Assembly: GCA_044220495.1 (NCBI GenBank)
Contig: JBGAQY010000010.1
Location: 8,126 to 72,125 of the forward strand
Direction: 5' to 3'
Origin: Acidimicrobiales bacterium
GTDB taxonomy: Bacteria; Actinomycetota; Acidimicrobiia; Acidimicrobiales; JBBSGY01
Length of the DNA stretch: 64,000 bases
Every line of letters starts with the position of its first letter. The stretch's first letter is position 1. This document shows positions 9,300 to 18,420 of the stretch, in pieces. The position numbers and the translations under genes are program-made. A model generated the notes under the pieces. That model had not been told where the DNA came from and ran no database searches. It saw only the letters and a list, made by a program, of their open reading frames with translations.

Positions 9300-9944
9300 G
9301 TGACACCAAGAATTCGTCTGACATTCCCCTGGGAATTTGTCGACAATTACTGGCGCTGGGTAGCCTCAGACCTCGTGCCACCAGCAGGACTGAAACTAAG
9401 GCTCCTTGAGGCGGGTCGCGAACAAGAAGCTGCCTCTGACGATGTGTGGGGTTTGATCTCAGCGCTCGATCGTGAATTCGTACCAAGTCTCTCTTCGCGA
9501 ACCGACACAACCGAGCATGACCTCACCAAAGAAACCATTTGGGGTGGCCCGATCTCGTTCTACGACACGGTGATGAAAGAGCGAATCATCCTCGCCACTG
9601 TTGACGACAAAGTCGTTGGGATCATGACGTTCATTCCGCACTACGAAGAAGAGATGTTGGCAAAGTGGTCGCCGTCGACTTATGCGTCGACAACCGGCAT
9701 CTTGCCGGCCTACCGTCGACTAGGTATCGCCAAAGCCCTAAACGATGCGCTCGAAACATTGCCACCCGATTTGGCAAGCCCATGGATTACACGTCGTACG
9801 TGGTCAACAAACGTTGCCAACCTCACGCTGCTGAAGTCACGCAACTTCGAAGAAGTCATCCGCCTGAAAGACCACCGCGGCCCGGGCATCGACACCATCT
9901 ACCTAGCTCGCCGCACCTACCAAGACGAGGCCGTCGGCGACTAA
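9300..9944 (+). CDS. GNAT family N-acetyltransferase
   Basis: 214 aa. The acetyl-CoA-binding-like segment ILPAYRRLGIAKAL follows a beta strand (ILATVDDKVVGIMTF). GTG start. Confidence 0.6.
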   Translation: MTPRIRLTFPWEFVDNYWRWVASDLVPPAGLKLRLLEAGREQEAASDDVWGLISALDREFVPSLSSRTDTTEHDLTKETIWGGPISFYDTVMKERIILATVDDKVVGIMTFIPHYEEEMLAKWSPSTYASTTGILPAYRRLGIAKALNDALETLPPDLASPWITRRTWSTNVANLTLLKSRNFEEVIRLKDHRGPGIDTIYLARRTYQDEAVGD

Positions 9945-9960
9945 CCGCCATAGGTCGCCC

Positions 9961-10098
9961 GGCGACCGTCAACGCAGCAATGGCCCTATTGGCGCGTGGT
10001 GGAAGCGGTGCCAATAGGCGTCAGTGCAAGGCGACGGGCGGTGAGGTTTACGAGGGTAAATGAGGCGACCGTCAACGCAGCAATGGCCCTATTGGCGC
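9961..10098. repeat. Perfect 35-nt direct repeat pair (9961-9995 and 10064-10098)
   Basis: GGCGACCGTCAACGCAGCAATGGCCCTATTGGCGC occurs twice, 103 nt apart. An inverted CCTATTGGC/GCCAATAGG hairpin lies between the copies. Located in the GNAT-prcB intergenic gap. Confidence 0.9.
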
Positions 10099-10135
10099 CC
10101 GCTTACGTTGGGGCCCGGGTAGCATCGCAGTCCTA

Positions 10136-10942
10136 ATGAATCTGCCGATGTTTTCACCCCACGACAGCCCTGGCTCAAACTTCTCTGAGCTGCTGCGACG
10201 CATAGGCCTAGACCCGAGCGAACGCATGACAAAGGCGCAAGCATCTGACGCTCTGATTGCGCCGCATGCAACGACCATCATTGCCCTCACCTATGCAGAT
10301 GGCGTGATGATGGCAAGCGACCGGCGCGCAACGATGGGGCACACGATCTCTGATCGCAACATCGAGAAGGTGCACCCCGCCGACAAGTACTCCGGCATCT
10401 CGATCTCGGGGTCGGCGGCCTTCGGCATGGAAATGATTCGTGCATTCCAACTCAACCTCGAGCACTACGAAAAGATCGAGGGCAAGCACTTGAGCATGGA
10501 GGGCAAGGCCAACCAGCTGAGCGGCATGATTCGCGCCAACCTTGGCATGGCCATGCAAGGTTTCGTCGTTGCACCAATCTTTGCTGGCTTCGACCTCAAC
10601 CGAGGTGTTGGTCGCATCTTTGCTTACGACGTTCTTGGCGGACGATCAGAAAAAGACGACTTTCACGCTGATGGTTCGGGCAGCCGCATAGCAGGCCCGA
10701 TCATCAAGGTCGGGTGGAAGCCCGGCATGAACCTTGAAGACACGATCGAGCTCGGCATTTCATCGCTCTACGAAGCCGCCGACGACGATGCAGCGACTGG
10801 TGGCCCCGACGTAATTCGTGGCATCTATCCAATGGTCGCGACAATCACCGAGAACGGCTACGCCCGCGTGCCTGACGACGAAGTTGCCACACGCTTTGCG
10901 GCTCTCATTGCTCGCAAGACCGAACAAGGACACCGCCCATGA
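10136..10942 (+). CDS. prcB: 20S proteasome beta subunit
   Basis: Propeptide followed by the TTIIAL catalytic-Thr motif, then SDRRAT and GSGS motifs. Overlaps the prcA start. Confidence 0.9.
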   Translation: MNLPMFSPHDSPGSNFSELLRRIGLDPSERMTKAQASDALIAPHATTIIALTYADGVMMASDRRATMGHTISDRNIEKVHPADKYSGISISGSAAFGMEMIRAFQLNLEHYEKIEGKHLSMEGKANQLSGMIRANLGMAMQGFVVAPIFAGFDLNRGVGRIFAYDVLGGRSEKDDFHADGSGSRIAGPIIKVGWKPGMNLEDTIELGISSLYEAADDDAATGGPDVIRGIYPMVATITENGYARVPDDEVATRFAALIARKTEQGHRP

Positions 10943-11637
10943 GCATGCCGTTTTACGTAGCACCTGAGCAATTGATGAAAGACAAGGCTGACTACGCGCG
11001 CAAGGGCATTGCTCGTGGTCGCTCGTTGGTTGCGGTTTTGTATGCAGATGGCATTCTCATCGCTGCCGAAAATCCTTCGCGTACGTTGCACAAGGTCAAC
11101 GAAATTTACGACCGCATCGCGTTTGCTGGCGTGGGCAAGTTCAATGAGTACGACCAGTTGCGCCAAGCCGGTGTTCGTCACGCCGACATCAAGGGCTACA
11201 CCTACTCGCGTGAAGATGTCGACGCACGTTCACTTGCCAACGCGTACGCGCAGTCGATCGGCCAAGTGTTTACACACGACATGAAGCCGCTCGAAATCGA
11301 GATCTTGGTCGCCGAAGTCGGTTTCTTGGCTAGCGGAGATCAGCTGTATCACATCACTTACGACGGCACCGTTATGGACGAAACGCGCTTCAGCGTTCTT
11401 GGCGGTGAGGCCGAGGCGATCGGCGAACGTCTCGAAGAGACCTTTGAAGAATCGATGGACTTCGTAACGACGTTGAAGGTCGCTGTCGACGCGCTGCAAG
11501 GCGAAGTCACCGACGACGATGATCGCTTGCTGCCCGACGAACTAGAGGTTGCCGTGCTCGATCGAACGGCAAGCCGGCGAACTTTCCGTCGAGTTCCGCG
11601 AGCCGAGCTGGCAACGCTGCTCGAAGACGAATCCTGA
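10939..11637 (+). CDS. prcA: 20S proteasome alpha subunit
   Basis: MSMPFYVAPEQLMKDKADYARKGIARGRS is a typical bacterial PrcA N-terminus. ATGA overlap with prcB. Confidence 0.9.
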   Translation: MSMPFYVAPEQLMKDKADYARKGIARGRSLVAVLYADGILIAAENPSRTLHKVNEIYDRIAFAGVGKFNEYDQLRQAGVRHADIKGYTYSREDVDARSLANAYAQSIGQVFTHDMKPLEIEILVAEVGFLASGDQLYHITYDGTVMDETRFSVLGGEAEAIGERLEETFEESMDFVTTLKVAVDALQGEVTDDDDRLLPDELEVAVLDRTASRRTFRRVPRAELATLLEDES

Positions 11638-11654
11638 TCGCGTAACAAGACACT

Positions 11655-13013
11655 GTGGACCGCCGCATTTTTGGCCTCGAAAACGAATACGGCGTCACAT
11701 GCACGCTCAAAGGACAGCGGCGCCTAAGCCCCGACGAAGTTGCGCGCTACTTGTTTAGGCGGGTGGTGAGTTGGGGCCGTTCGTCGAACGTCTTCCTCGA
11801 AAACGGCGCTCGTCTCTATCTCGATGTCGGCAGTCATCCTGAATATGCGACGCCTGAATGTGACAATCCACTCGACTTGGTAACGCACGACAAGGCCGGC
11901 GAACGCATCCTCGAAGGTTTGCAATTGTCAGCCGAACAACGTCTGGCCGAAGAAGGCATCAGGGGAGTGGTGTACCTCTTCAAAAACAACACCGACTCGG
12001 CGGGCAACTCATATGGATGCCACGAGAACTACTTAACAAGTCGACGCGATGACTTTGCTCACTACAGCGAGATATTGATCCCTTACTTTGTGACGCGTCA
12101 GATTTGGGCCGGTGCCGGCAAGGTTTTTCAGACGGCTCGGGGTGCGACTTACTGCTTGAGTCAACGCGCTGAACACATTTGGGAAGGTGTGTCGTCAGCA
12201 ACGACCCGTAGTCGTCCGATCATCAACACGCGCGATGAACCGCACGCAGACGCCGAAAAATATCGACGCCTACACGTCATTGTCGGCGACTCCAACATGA
12301 GCGAATACACGACGTATTTGAAGATCGGCGCAACGAGCATCGTTCTGCGCATGCTCGAAGACCCAGAAACGAAGATGAAAGACCTCACGATGGAGAACCC
12401 GATCAGGGCTATCCGTGAGATCAGCCACGACCTCACCTGTAAGCGCAAGGTGCGCCTAGCCAGCGGACGTGAGATGACGGCACTCGACGTGCAAAGCGAA
12501 TATCTCGAACGCGCGCTTGAATATCGCGATCGCGTTGGCCTCGACCAGTATGAGACCAAAGCTCTCGAAATGTGGGAGCACGTGTTGACAAATCTGAATG
12601 ACGATCCGTTCAAACTCGATCGCGAGTGCGACTGGGTCATCAAACACAAGTTGGTCGAGTCATACCGAACGCGTCATGAGGTCACGCTCAATTCGCCACA
12701 AGTTGCCCTGCTCGATTTGCAGTATCACGACATCAATCGCGAACGCAGCCTCTATTACAAGATGCAAGACAAGGGCATGCTCGAGCGTGTCACAACTGAT
12801 GAGGCGATTCAGAAGGCAATTGACGAGCCTCCGCAAACAACGCGTGCGCGCTTGCGCGGTGAGTTCATCAAGGCAGCAAAAGAAAAACGTCGCGACTTCA
12901 CCGTCGACTGGGTGCACCTAAAGATCAACGACAACGCGCAACGTACCGTTCTGTGTAAAGACCCCTTCAAGTCGCAAGATGATCGAGTCAAGAAGCTGAT
13001 CGAAAGTCTTTAG
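11655..13013 (+). CDS. pafA: Pup-protein ligase PafA
   Basis: [30 protein letters not shown] and [12 protein letters not shown] paralog of dop that lacks the Dop-specific insertion. Confidence 0.9.
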   Translation: MDRRIFGLENEYGVTCTLKGQRRLSPDEVARYLFRRVVSWGRSSNVFLENGARLYLDVGSHPEYATPECDNPLDLVTHDKAGERILEGLQLSAEQRLAEEGIRGVVYLFKNNTDSAGNSYGCHENYLTSRRDDFAHYSEILIPYFVTRQIWAGAGKVFQTARGATYCLSQRAEHIWEGVSSATTRSRPIINTRDEPHADAEKYRRLHVIVGDSNMSEYTTYLKIGATSIVLRMLEDPETKMKDLTMENPIRAIREISHDLTCKRKVRLASGREMTALDVQSEYLERALEYRDRVGLDQYETKALEMWEHVLTNLNDDPFKLDRECDWVIKHKLVESYRTRHEVTLNSPQVALLDLQYHDINRERSLYYKMQDKGMLERVTTDEAIQKAIDEPPQTTRARLRGEFIKAAKEKRRDFTVDWVHLKINDNAQRTVLCKDPFKSQDDRVKKLIESL

Positions 13014-13015
13014 CG

Positions 13016-14056
13016 GTGCCCGGTTTTCAGACGGCAACTGTGGCTCAGATCACGGTCGAACGCGTTGGATTGCAGCGTCTTGTCGTCGCCATGCCTGACG
13101 GCGAGCACAGTGCTGCCTACGCGCTTACTGAGATCATTGGGCCCGTTGCAGTGGGCGACAGCGTGATCGTCAACACAACGGCTGTCGACCTTGACCTCGG
13201 CACTGGTGGCTCACACGTCGTGCATTGGAATCTCGCTCGTGACAGCTGGCAGCGCCAGGGCCCAGGCCACGTGATGAAGGCGCGCTACACGAGCGAGCAA
13301 CTTGATGCCGGCGTCTACGAAGAAGCCGCCGACTATCAAGCTCCGATCAGTCTCGATGGCACGCCAGTAATCGTGTGCTTGCTGCACAGTCAGATGGTTG
13401 CTGCTGCGGTTGCGATCAAGCATCTGCAGCCTGACGCGCGCGTTGGTTACGTGATGACCGATCAAGCCAGTTTGCCGGCGGCAATCTCTGACGTCTTGCA
13501 TGAATTGCGCGATCGACAGTTGGTCGACTTCACCGTTACTGCCGGCCAGGCATTCGGCGGTGATCACGAGGCAGTCAATACAACCTCGGCACTGGGCGTT
13601 GCGCGACATCTTGGAGCCGACATCATCATCGTGAGCCAAGGCCCAGGCGTCGTCGGAACCGACACGCGACTCGGCTTTAGCGGGCTCGAAGCAGCTGAGA
13701 TCCTCACCAGCGCTCAGCGCTACGGCGGCCAGCCGTTGTTAGCGCTGCGATGGTCTGACGCAGATGCACGCCCACGCCACCGAGGCATGAGTCACCACAG
13801 CACAACGGTTCTAGAGCGCACCGCAGTCTCCGTAGACGTGGCCATCCCCGCGAGTCGTGCGGATGAGGTCACACGCGTCGGTGATCACCGCTTCACTCAG
13901 CTAGGCGACATCGATATTGCCAAGTTGTTCGACACTCACGACCTTCGCGTGACTTCAATGGGTCGTTCGGCGAGCCAAGACCCCGGTTTCTTCGAATTTT
14001 CCGCAGCAGCCGGCTCACTTGCCGTTCGTCTAGCGCCACACCTTGGCAGCAGGTGA
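13016..14056 (+). CDS. DUF3866-like conserved hypothetical protein
   Basis: 346 aa. VNTTAVDLDLGTGGSHVV matches the remembered DUF3866 signature (NTTAv.LgLGTGG). The GTG start is 2 nt after the pafA stop. Confidence 0.6.
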   Translation: MPGFQTATVAQITVERVGLQRLVVAMPDGEHSAAYALTEIIGPVAVGDSVIVNTTAVDLDLGTGGSHVVHWNLARDSWQRQGPGHVMKARYTSEQLDAGVYEEAADYQAPISLDGTPVIVCLLHSQMVAAAVAIKHLQPDARVGYVMTDQASLPAAISDVLHELRDRQLVDFTVTAGQAFGGDHEAVNTTSALGVARHLGADIIIVSQGPGVVGTDTRLGFSGLEAAEILTSAQRYGGQPLLALRWSDADARPRHRGMSHHSTTVLERTAVSVDVAIPASRADEVTRVGDHRFTQLGDIDIAKLFDTHDLRVTSMGRSASQDPGFFEFSAAAGSLAVRLAPHLGSR

Positions 14057-14075
14057 CGATTAACGTAGCCAGGAA

Positions 14076-14990
14076 ATGTCCCGCCTGGAACGCCTGGTCA
14101 ACCTGTTAACGGCCCTAACCGAAACAGAGCGACCCCTAAGTCGAAGCGACCTTCATCGTCGCGTTCCTGGTTATGCGTCGGAACAGACTGCCTTTCGTCG
14201 GGCCTTCGAACGCGATAAGGAAACCTTGCGGTCAATGGGCGTGCCCATTCAGACCATGCCGTTAGATCCTGAATTTCCCGAACACGGCGACGGCTATCGC
14301 GTCTTGAAAGACGAGTACTTCTTGCCCGACCCTGGTCTCACCCACGAAGAGATGTCGGCTCTGGCAATCGCTGCATCAGCGGTAAAACTAAAGAGTCAAT
14401 CGGCAACAGCCGCTCTGTGGCGCCTTGGTGGCGATGTCATCGACGTGACTACAACCGAAGACGTCGAACTGCCTGAGAGCGATGAGCTGTCGATCGTGTT
14501 TGCCGCGCGACGCGAACGCCGGCGCATAACGTTTTCCTACAAGGGCACCGAGCGTCAGCTCGATCCATATCGTCTTACCTTCCGTAACGGTCGTTGGTAT
14601 GTGAACGGATTCGACCACGGCCACGGCGATGTGCGCACCTATCGCCTCGATCGCATGGGCGGCGCCATTACCGCCGGCGATGCCGACTCATTTCCGGCAC
14701 CTGCGCGGGTCGACCAACCATGGCTGCCGGCGTGGCAGATGGGTGACGGCACGCCCGTCGAGACGCGCGTTTATATAGACGCCTCGCAAGCCGACCTCGC
14801 CATCGACCAAGCTGGCGAGAACTGCATCGAAGAGCGACGCCCCGACGGCGGCGTTGTGCTGCGGATGATGGTCACAAATCAAGAAGCGTTTCGTTCTTTT
14901 GTGCTCGGCTTTCTAGAGCACGCCGAGATCCTTACGCCTGCCGACGCCCGTCAGGCGATGATCGACTATCTCGAAGCGGTGGTCGCGTGA
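14076..14990 (+). CDS. pafB: Proteasome accessory factor B (HTH-WYL regulator)
   Basis: N-terminal winged HTH (RLERLVNLLTALTETERPLSRSDL), then a WYL-like core (GRWYVNGFDHGHGDVRTYRLDRM). Overlaps pafC. Confidence 0.8.
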   Translation: MSRLERLVNLLTALTETERPLSRSDLHRRVPGYASEQTAFRRAFERDKETLRSMGVPIQTMPLDPEFPEHGDGYRVLKDEYFLPDPGLTHEEMSALAIAASAVKLKSQSATAALWRLGGDVIDVTTTEDVELPESDELSIVFAARRERRRITFSYKGTERQLDPYRLTFRNGRWYVNGFDHGHGDVRTYRLDRMGGAITAGDADSFPAPARVDQPWLPAWQMGDGTPVETRVYIDASQADLAIDQAGENCIEERRPDGGVVLRMMVTNQEAFRSFVLGFLEHAEILTPADARQAMIDYLEAVVA

Positions 14991-15931
14991 CGCAAGAAAC
15001 CGCCGATGCGCGCCTGCAGCGGCTCTTGGTGATGATCCCGTGGGTCACACAACACGACGGCCCTACTGTCGAGCAGGTATGCACGCGCTTTTCGATCACC
15101 GAGGCCGACCTCGCCGCCGATCTAGAACTCTTGTTTATGTGCGGGCTCTATCCGTTTACGCCTGACGCTTTGATAGAAGCCGACATCGTCGACGGCCGGG
15201 TATGGATTCGTTTTGCCGATTCGTTTGAACGTCCGCCGACCTTCACTCGTGAAGAAGCAGTGAGCATTCTTGCCGCCGCTGCCGCAGTGTCAGAGCTACC
15301 GCAAAACGAGGCAAACGACGCACTGAAGAGTGCCTTGCGCAAACTTGCTCGCGCGCTTGGCATTGATGACGACGACGTAGTTGCCGTTGAGCTCGCACCC
15401 ACCAAGCCCGACGTTCTTGATCTCACGCGTCAAGCGGCCAACGAGCATCGACTAATCGAACTCGACTATTACTCAAACGGACGCGACGCATGGTCGCGTC
15501 GCGAAGTCGAGATCTACCGCACGTTCAATCGCGACGGCCAGTGGTATGTGCAAGGTCGAGCGCCTGAGGCCGATGAAGTGCGCACGTTCCGCATCGACCG
15601 CATGCGCAACGTTGCTCTGCTCGACGAACGGTTTCAACCGTCAACCGAACTGCCCGAACCGCAAACATTTGCGGCGCGCCCCACTGATCCAACAGTGACC
15701 CTTGCGTTAGCGCCAAACGCACGGTGGGTGAGTGAGCAGTATCCGACCGAGCACGTCGAGACGCGAGACGACGGAACGTTGTTGGTCACCCTCAAGGTCA
15801 GCGAAGAAGTCTGGCTGCAACGTCTACTGCTGCGCCTCGGCGCGTCAGCAACTGTCGTCGAGGGCGCTGTCGATGTCACCGCCACTGCCCAACGAATCCT
15901 CAACCAATACCAAGAAGGCGCATCTAAATGA
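14987..15931 (+). CDS. pafC: Proteasome accessory factor C (HTH-WYL regulator)
   Basis: A pafB paralog with RLQRLLVMIPWV and GQWYVQGRAPEADEVRTFRIDRM. GTGA overlap with pafB. Confidence 0.8.
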   Translation: MTQETADARLQRLLVMIPWVTQHDGPTVEQVCTRFSITEADLAADLELLFMCGLYPFTPDALIEADIVDGRVWIRFADSFERPPTFTREEAVSILAAAAAVSELPQNEANDALKSALRKLARALGIDDDDVVAVELAPTKPDVLDLTRQAANEHRLIELDYYSNGRDAWSRREVEIYRTFNRDGQWYVQGRAPEADEVRTFRIDRMRNVALLDERFQPSTELPEPQTFAARPTDPTVTLALAPNARWVSEQYPTEHVETRDDGTLLVTLKVSEEVWLQRLLLRLGASATVVEGAVDVTATAQRILNQYQEGASK

Positions 15932-16554
15932 GTGAAAAGTCCAGAACTTCAAGGCTCTTTACGCGGCGCGCTATCAACAAAGAGGAAAAGGCCAAGGCGG
16001 CTGAGGCGGCCGAGCTAAAGACCGCCCGGCGTCTCGAAAACCATGGCCTGGGCGAATGGATCGGCATTTTGCTGGCTGCTCTCGTCGCCGCGTTGCTGAT
16101 CCGTCAATACGTATTTCAGTCGTTCTGGATTCCATCTGCATCGATGGAAAACACGATGCACATCGGCGACCGAGTTTTGGTCAACAAGGTGTCTTATCGG
16201 GTGGGCGACGTCCACAGGGGCGACATCGTCGTGTTCAAAACTCCGCCGGCTGAGGCCGACAAGAACATCAAAGACCTGATCAAGCGGGTCGTTGCCGTCC
16301 CCGGAGACACGATTGAGGCCCGTAGCGGCGAGGTCTACATAAATGGCGAGAAGCTGGTCGAGCCCTACGTGAAAGACAACGAACCGACCCTCAGCTTGCC
16401 CCCGACGAAGATTGGGCCCAACCTTTACTTCGTCATGGGGGACAATCGCACCAACTCATCAGACAGCCGTGTCTTTGGTCCCATCAACAAAGACCTGATT
16501 GTCGGCAAAACCAGCTTCCGGGTCTGGCCCTTGTCGAGACTGGAAACTTTCTAA
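15928..16554 (+). CDS. lepB: Signal peptidase I
   Basis: One TM segment, catalytic-Ser box IPSASMENT, then DLIKRVVAVPGD and the GDNRTNSSDSR box. ATGA overlap with the pafC stop. Confidence 0.85.
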   Translation: MSEKSRTSRLFTRRAINKEEKAKAAEAAELKTARRLENHGLGEWIGILLAALVAALLIRQYVFQSFWIPSASMENTMHIGDRVLVNKVSYRVGDVHRGDIVVFKTPPAEADKNIKDLIKRVVAVPGDTIEARSGEVYINGEKLVEPYVKDNEPTLSLPPTKIGPNLYFVMGDNRTNSSDSRVFGPINKDLIVGKTSFRVWPLSRLETF

Positions 16555-16557
16555 CCG

Positions 16558-18198
16558 GTGAGCGACCCGCAGCGCCCGCCGCACCGCACTGGGCCGTCGT
16601 CACAAGACCCCGACCAGCCCGAGTCGCAAGAGTCGTCTCGGCGCGCCCGCCGTGGCGGACGTCACATGAGGTTTGATCCCGAGATCATCGAGATCCCTGA
16701 GATCGAGCTCACTGGTCGCCACATGCGCATCGACCCACCCGAAGAAGAGGAAGAGGTTCTCGACGAACAGATCGCCGAGATCATTGAAGACGACGAGCCG
16801 GCCGCCCCTCCACCTCAGCGTCCCAAACCTGACCCTGAGCCCGTGGCGCAGGAGGTCGGTGACTCTGAGAGCACTGGCGAGGTCACTGGCGAGGTCGAAG
16901 AGGTCGCTTTTGACGAGGTCGAGATCCTTGATCCGACGCCCCCGTTTGATTCGGGAGAGTCGACCAACCGCACGAGTACGTATCACCCGCCACCGCCACC
17001 TGCTCCCAGCGCCGAACCCTCGGCTCAAATGGGCCCCGAAGACGACGGGCTAACAAATCCATGGGGATCAGACCGGCGGCCCCCGCCTCCGCCGCAAGGT
17101 CCACCAGCGGGGCCACGCTTTGTCGATCGCGACCCCGATCATGGCCAGGGTCGTCGGAGTAACGCTCCGCAAGGCGAACCTGAGCGACAAGCAGGCGAGC
17201 CCGATCCGCTTGACGCCACGCCCAAGGCTGGAGAGCACGAGGGCGCACCGCACCGCGACCCGATTTTTGGCAATCCCGGCCCCCAGCGCGAGGCAAGTCA
17301 ACCTCCGCCGAGAACGGGTCAACCCGGCCAGCCAGGTCAGCAGCAGGGAGCTCCAGGTCGACCGCCAAGACAAGGCCCACAACCGGGGGCGCGACAGGGG
17401 CCACCACCAGGGCAACAGCGCAGGCCAGGTGGCAGCCAGCAACGCAACGCAGCCAGCAGACAAGGCCAGGCCCAAGGCCAACAACCGCGAGGGCAATCAC
17501 AGGGGCAACGACAGGGTCGGCCGGGGGGTGGGCCAGGAGGGCCTGGTGGCGCCCGCCGCCGAGCCAGCAACGCAGCTCGCTCAAGCGCCAATGCCCTCAT
17601 CAAAGCACCGGTGATCGGTCGGCGACGTCGTGATCCAGCTGCTTATGAAGCGCCAAAAGAGAACGTTGCCCTCGACACGGCTCGTGGGGCAGGCGAGTGG
17701 CTGAGCATCATCCTCGTGGCCGTCGCCGCCGCAATGATCGTAAAAATGTTCGTTGTGCAGGCCTTTTTCATCCCCTCGGGGTCAATGGAAGAGACTCTGC
17801 AGGTTGACGATCGGGTGCTCGTGAGCAAGTTGTCATACAAGGTCGGCGATATCCACCGAGGTGACATCGTGGTTTTCAAGAGTCCGCCGAATGAGCCTGA
17901 TAAGAGCATCAAAGACTTGATCAAGCGGGTTATTGCCTTGCCGGGCGACACCGTTGAGTCGCGTCAGGGCGTGCTCTATTTGAATGGCGCTCCGCTTTCT
18001 GAGCCGTATCTCGAACCGGGCACGACCACCGACGGAGTGAAGCTGCAGACGATTCCGACGGGCATGCTCTGGGTCATGGGCGACAACCGAGGCGACTCAG
18101 CCGACAGCCGCGTGATCGGGCCAATCGACGAGAATCTCGTTGTCGGCAAGACCGTATTTCGCGTCTGGCCGCTGGGCTCGTTCGGCTTGGTGCACTAG
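16558..18198 (+). CDS. lepB: Signal peptidase I paralog with a roughly 370-aa Pro/Gly/Gln/Arg-rich N-terminal extension
   Basis: The C-terminal 170 aa parallels the upstream lepB (IPSGSMEET, DLIKRVIALPGD, GDNRGDSADSR). The N-terminal 370 aa is low-complexity (PPPP, QGQAQGQQPRGQSQGQRQG, GGPGGPGG) and precedes the TM helix. Confidence 0.8.
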   Translation: MSDPQRPPHRTGPSSQDPDQPESQESSRRARRGGRHMRFDPEIIEIPEIELTGRHMRIDPPEEEEEVLDEQIAEIIEDDEPAAPPPQRPKPDPEPVAQEVGDSESTGEVTGEVEEVAFDEVEILDPTPPFDSGESTNRTSTYHPPPPPAPSAEPSAQMGPEDDGLTNPWGSDRRPPPPPQGPPAGPRFVDRDPDHGQGRRSNAPQGEPERQAGEPDPLDATPKAGEHEGAPHRDPIFGNPGPQREASQPPPRTGQPGQPGQQQGAPGRPPRQGPQPGARQGPPPGQQRRPGGSQQRNAASRQGQAQGQQPRGQSQGQRQGRPGGGPGGPGGARRRASNAARSSANALIKAPVIGRRRRDPAAYEAPKENVALDTARGAGEWLSIILVAVAAAMIVKMFVVQAFFIPSGSMEETLQVDDRVLVSKLSYKVGDIHRGDIVVFKSPPNEPDKSIKDLIKRVIALPGDTVESRQGVLYLNGAPLSEPYLEPGTTTDGVKLQTIPTGMLWVMGDNRGDSADSRVIGPIDENLVVGKTVFRVWPLGSFGLVH

Positions 18199-18202
18199 CA
18201 AA

Positions 18203-18228
18203 AAGCCTTATTTCATAGGCTTATTCTG
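18203..18228 (+). terminator. Possible weak intrinsic terminator after lepB2
   Basis: AAGCCT-tatttcat-AGGCTT hairpin followed by ATTCT. The stem is short and the U-tract is poor. Confidence 0.35.
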
Positions 18229-18420
18229 CGCGGTGCTGCCATTGCGGCCACACAACAGCGTCATCTGCGATCACCATGACAGGCTCAGCGCTACGTTCTG
18301 CACTTCTGTTTCGTGACACGTCGTGAAGACTCGTCTGACTTCATTTCCTTCTCAACTCTCGCCGGAAAAGGCCGATTCATAGATCAAGCCCGAAAAGCGG
18401 GTACCGAAGGAACGGGAACG

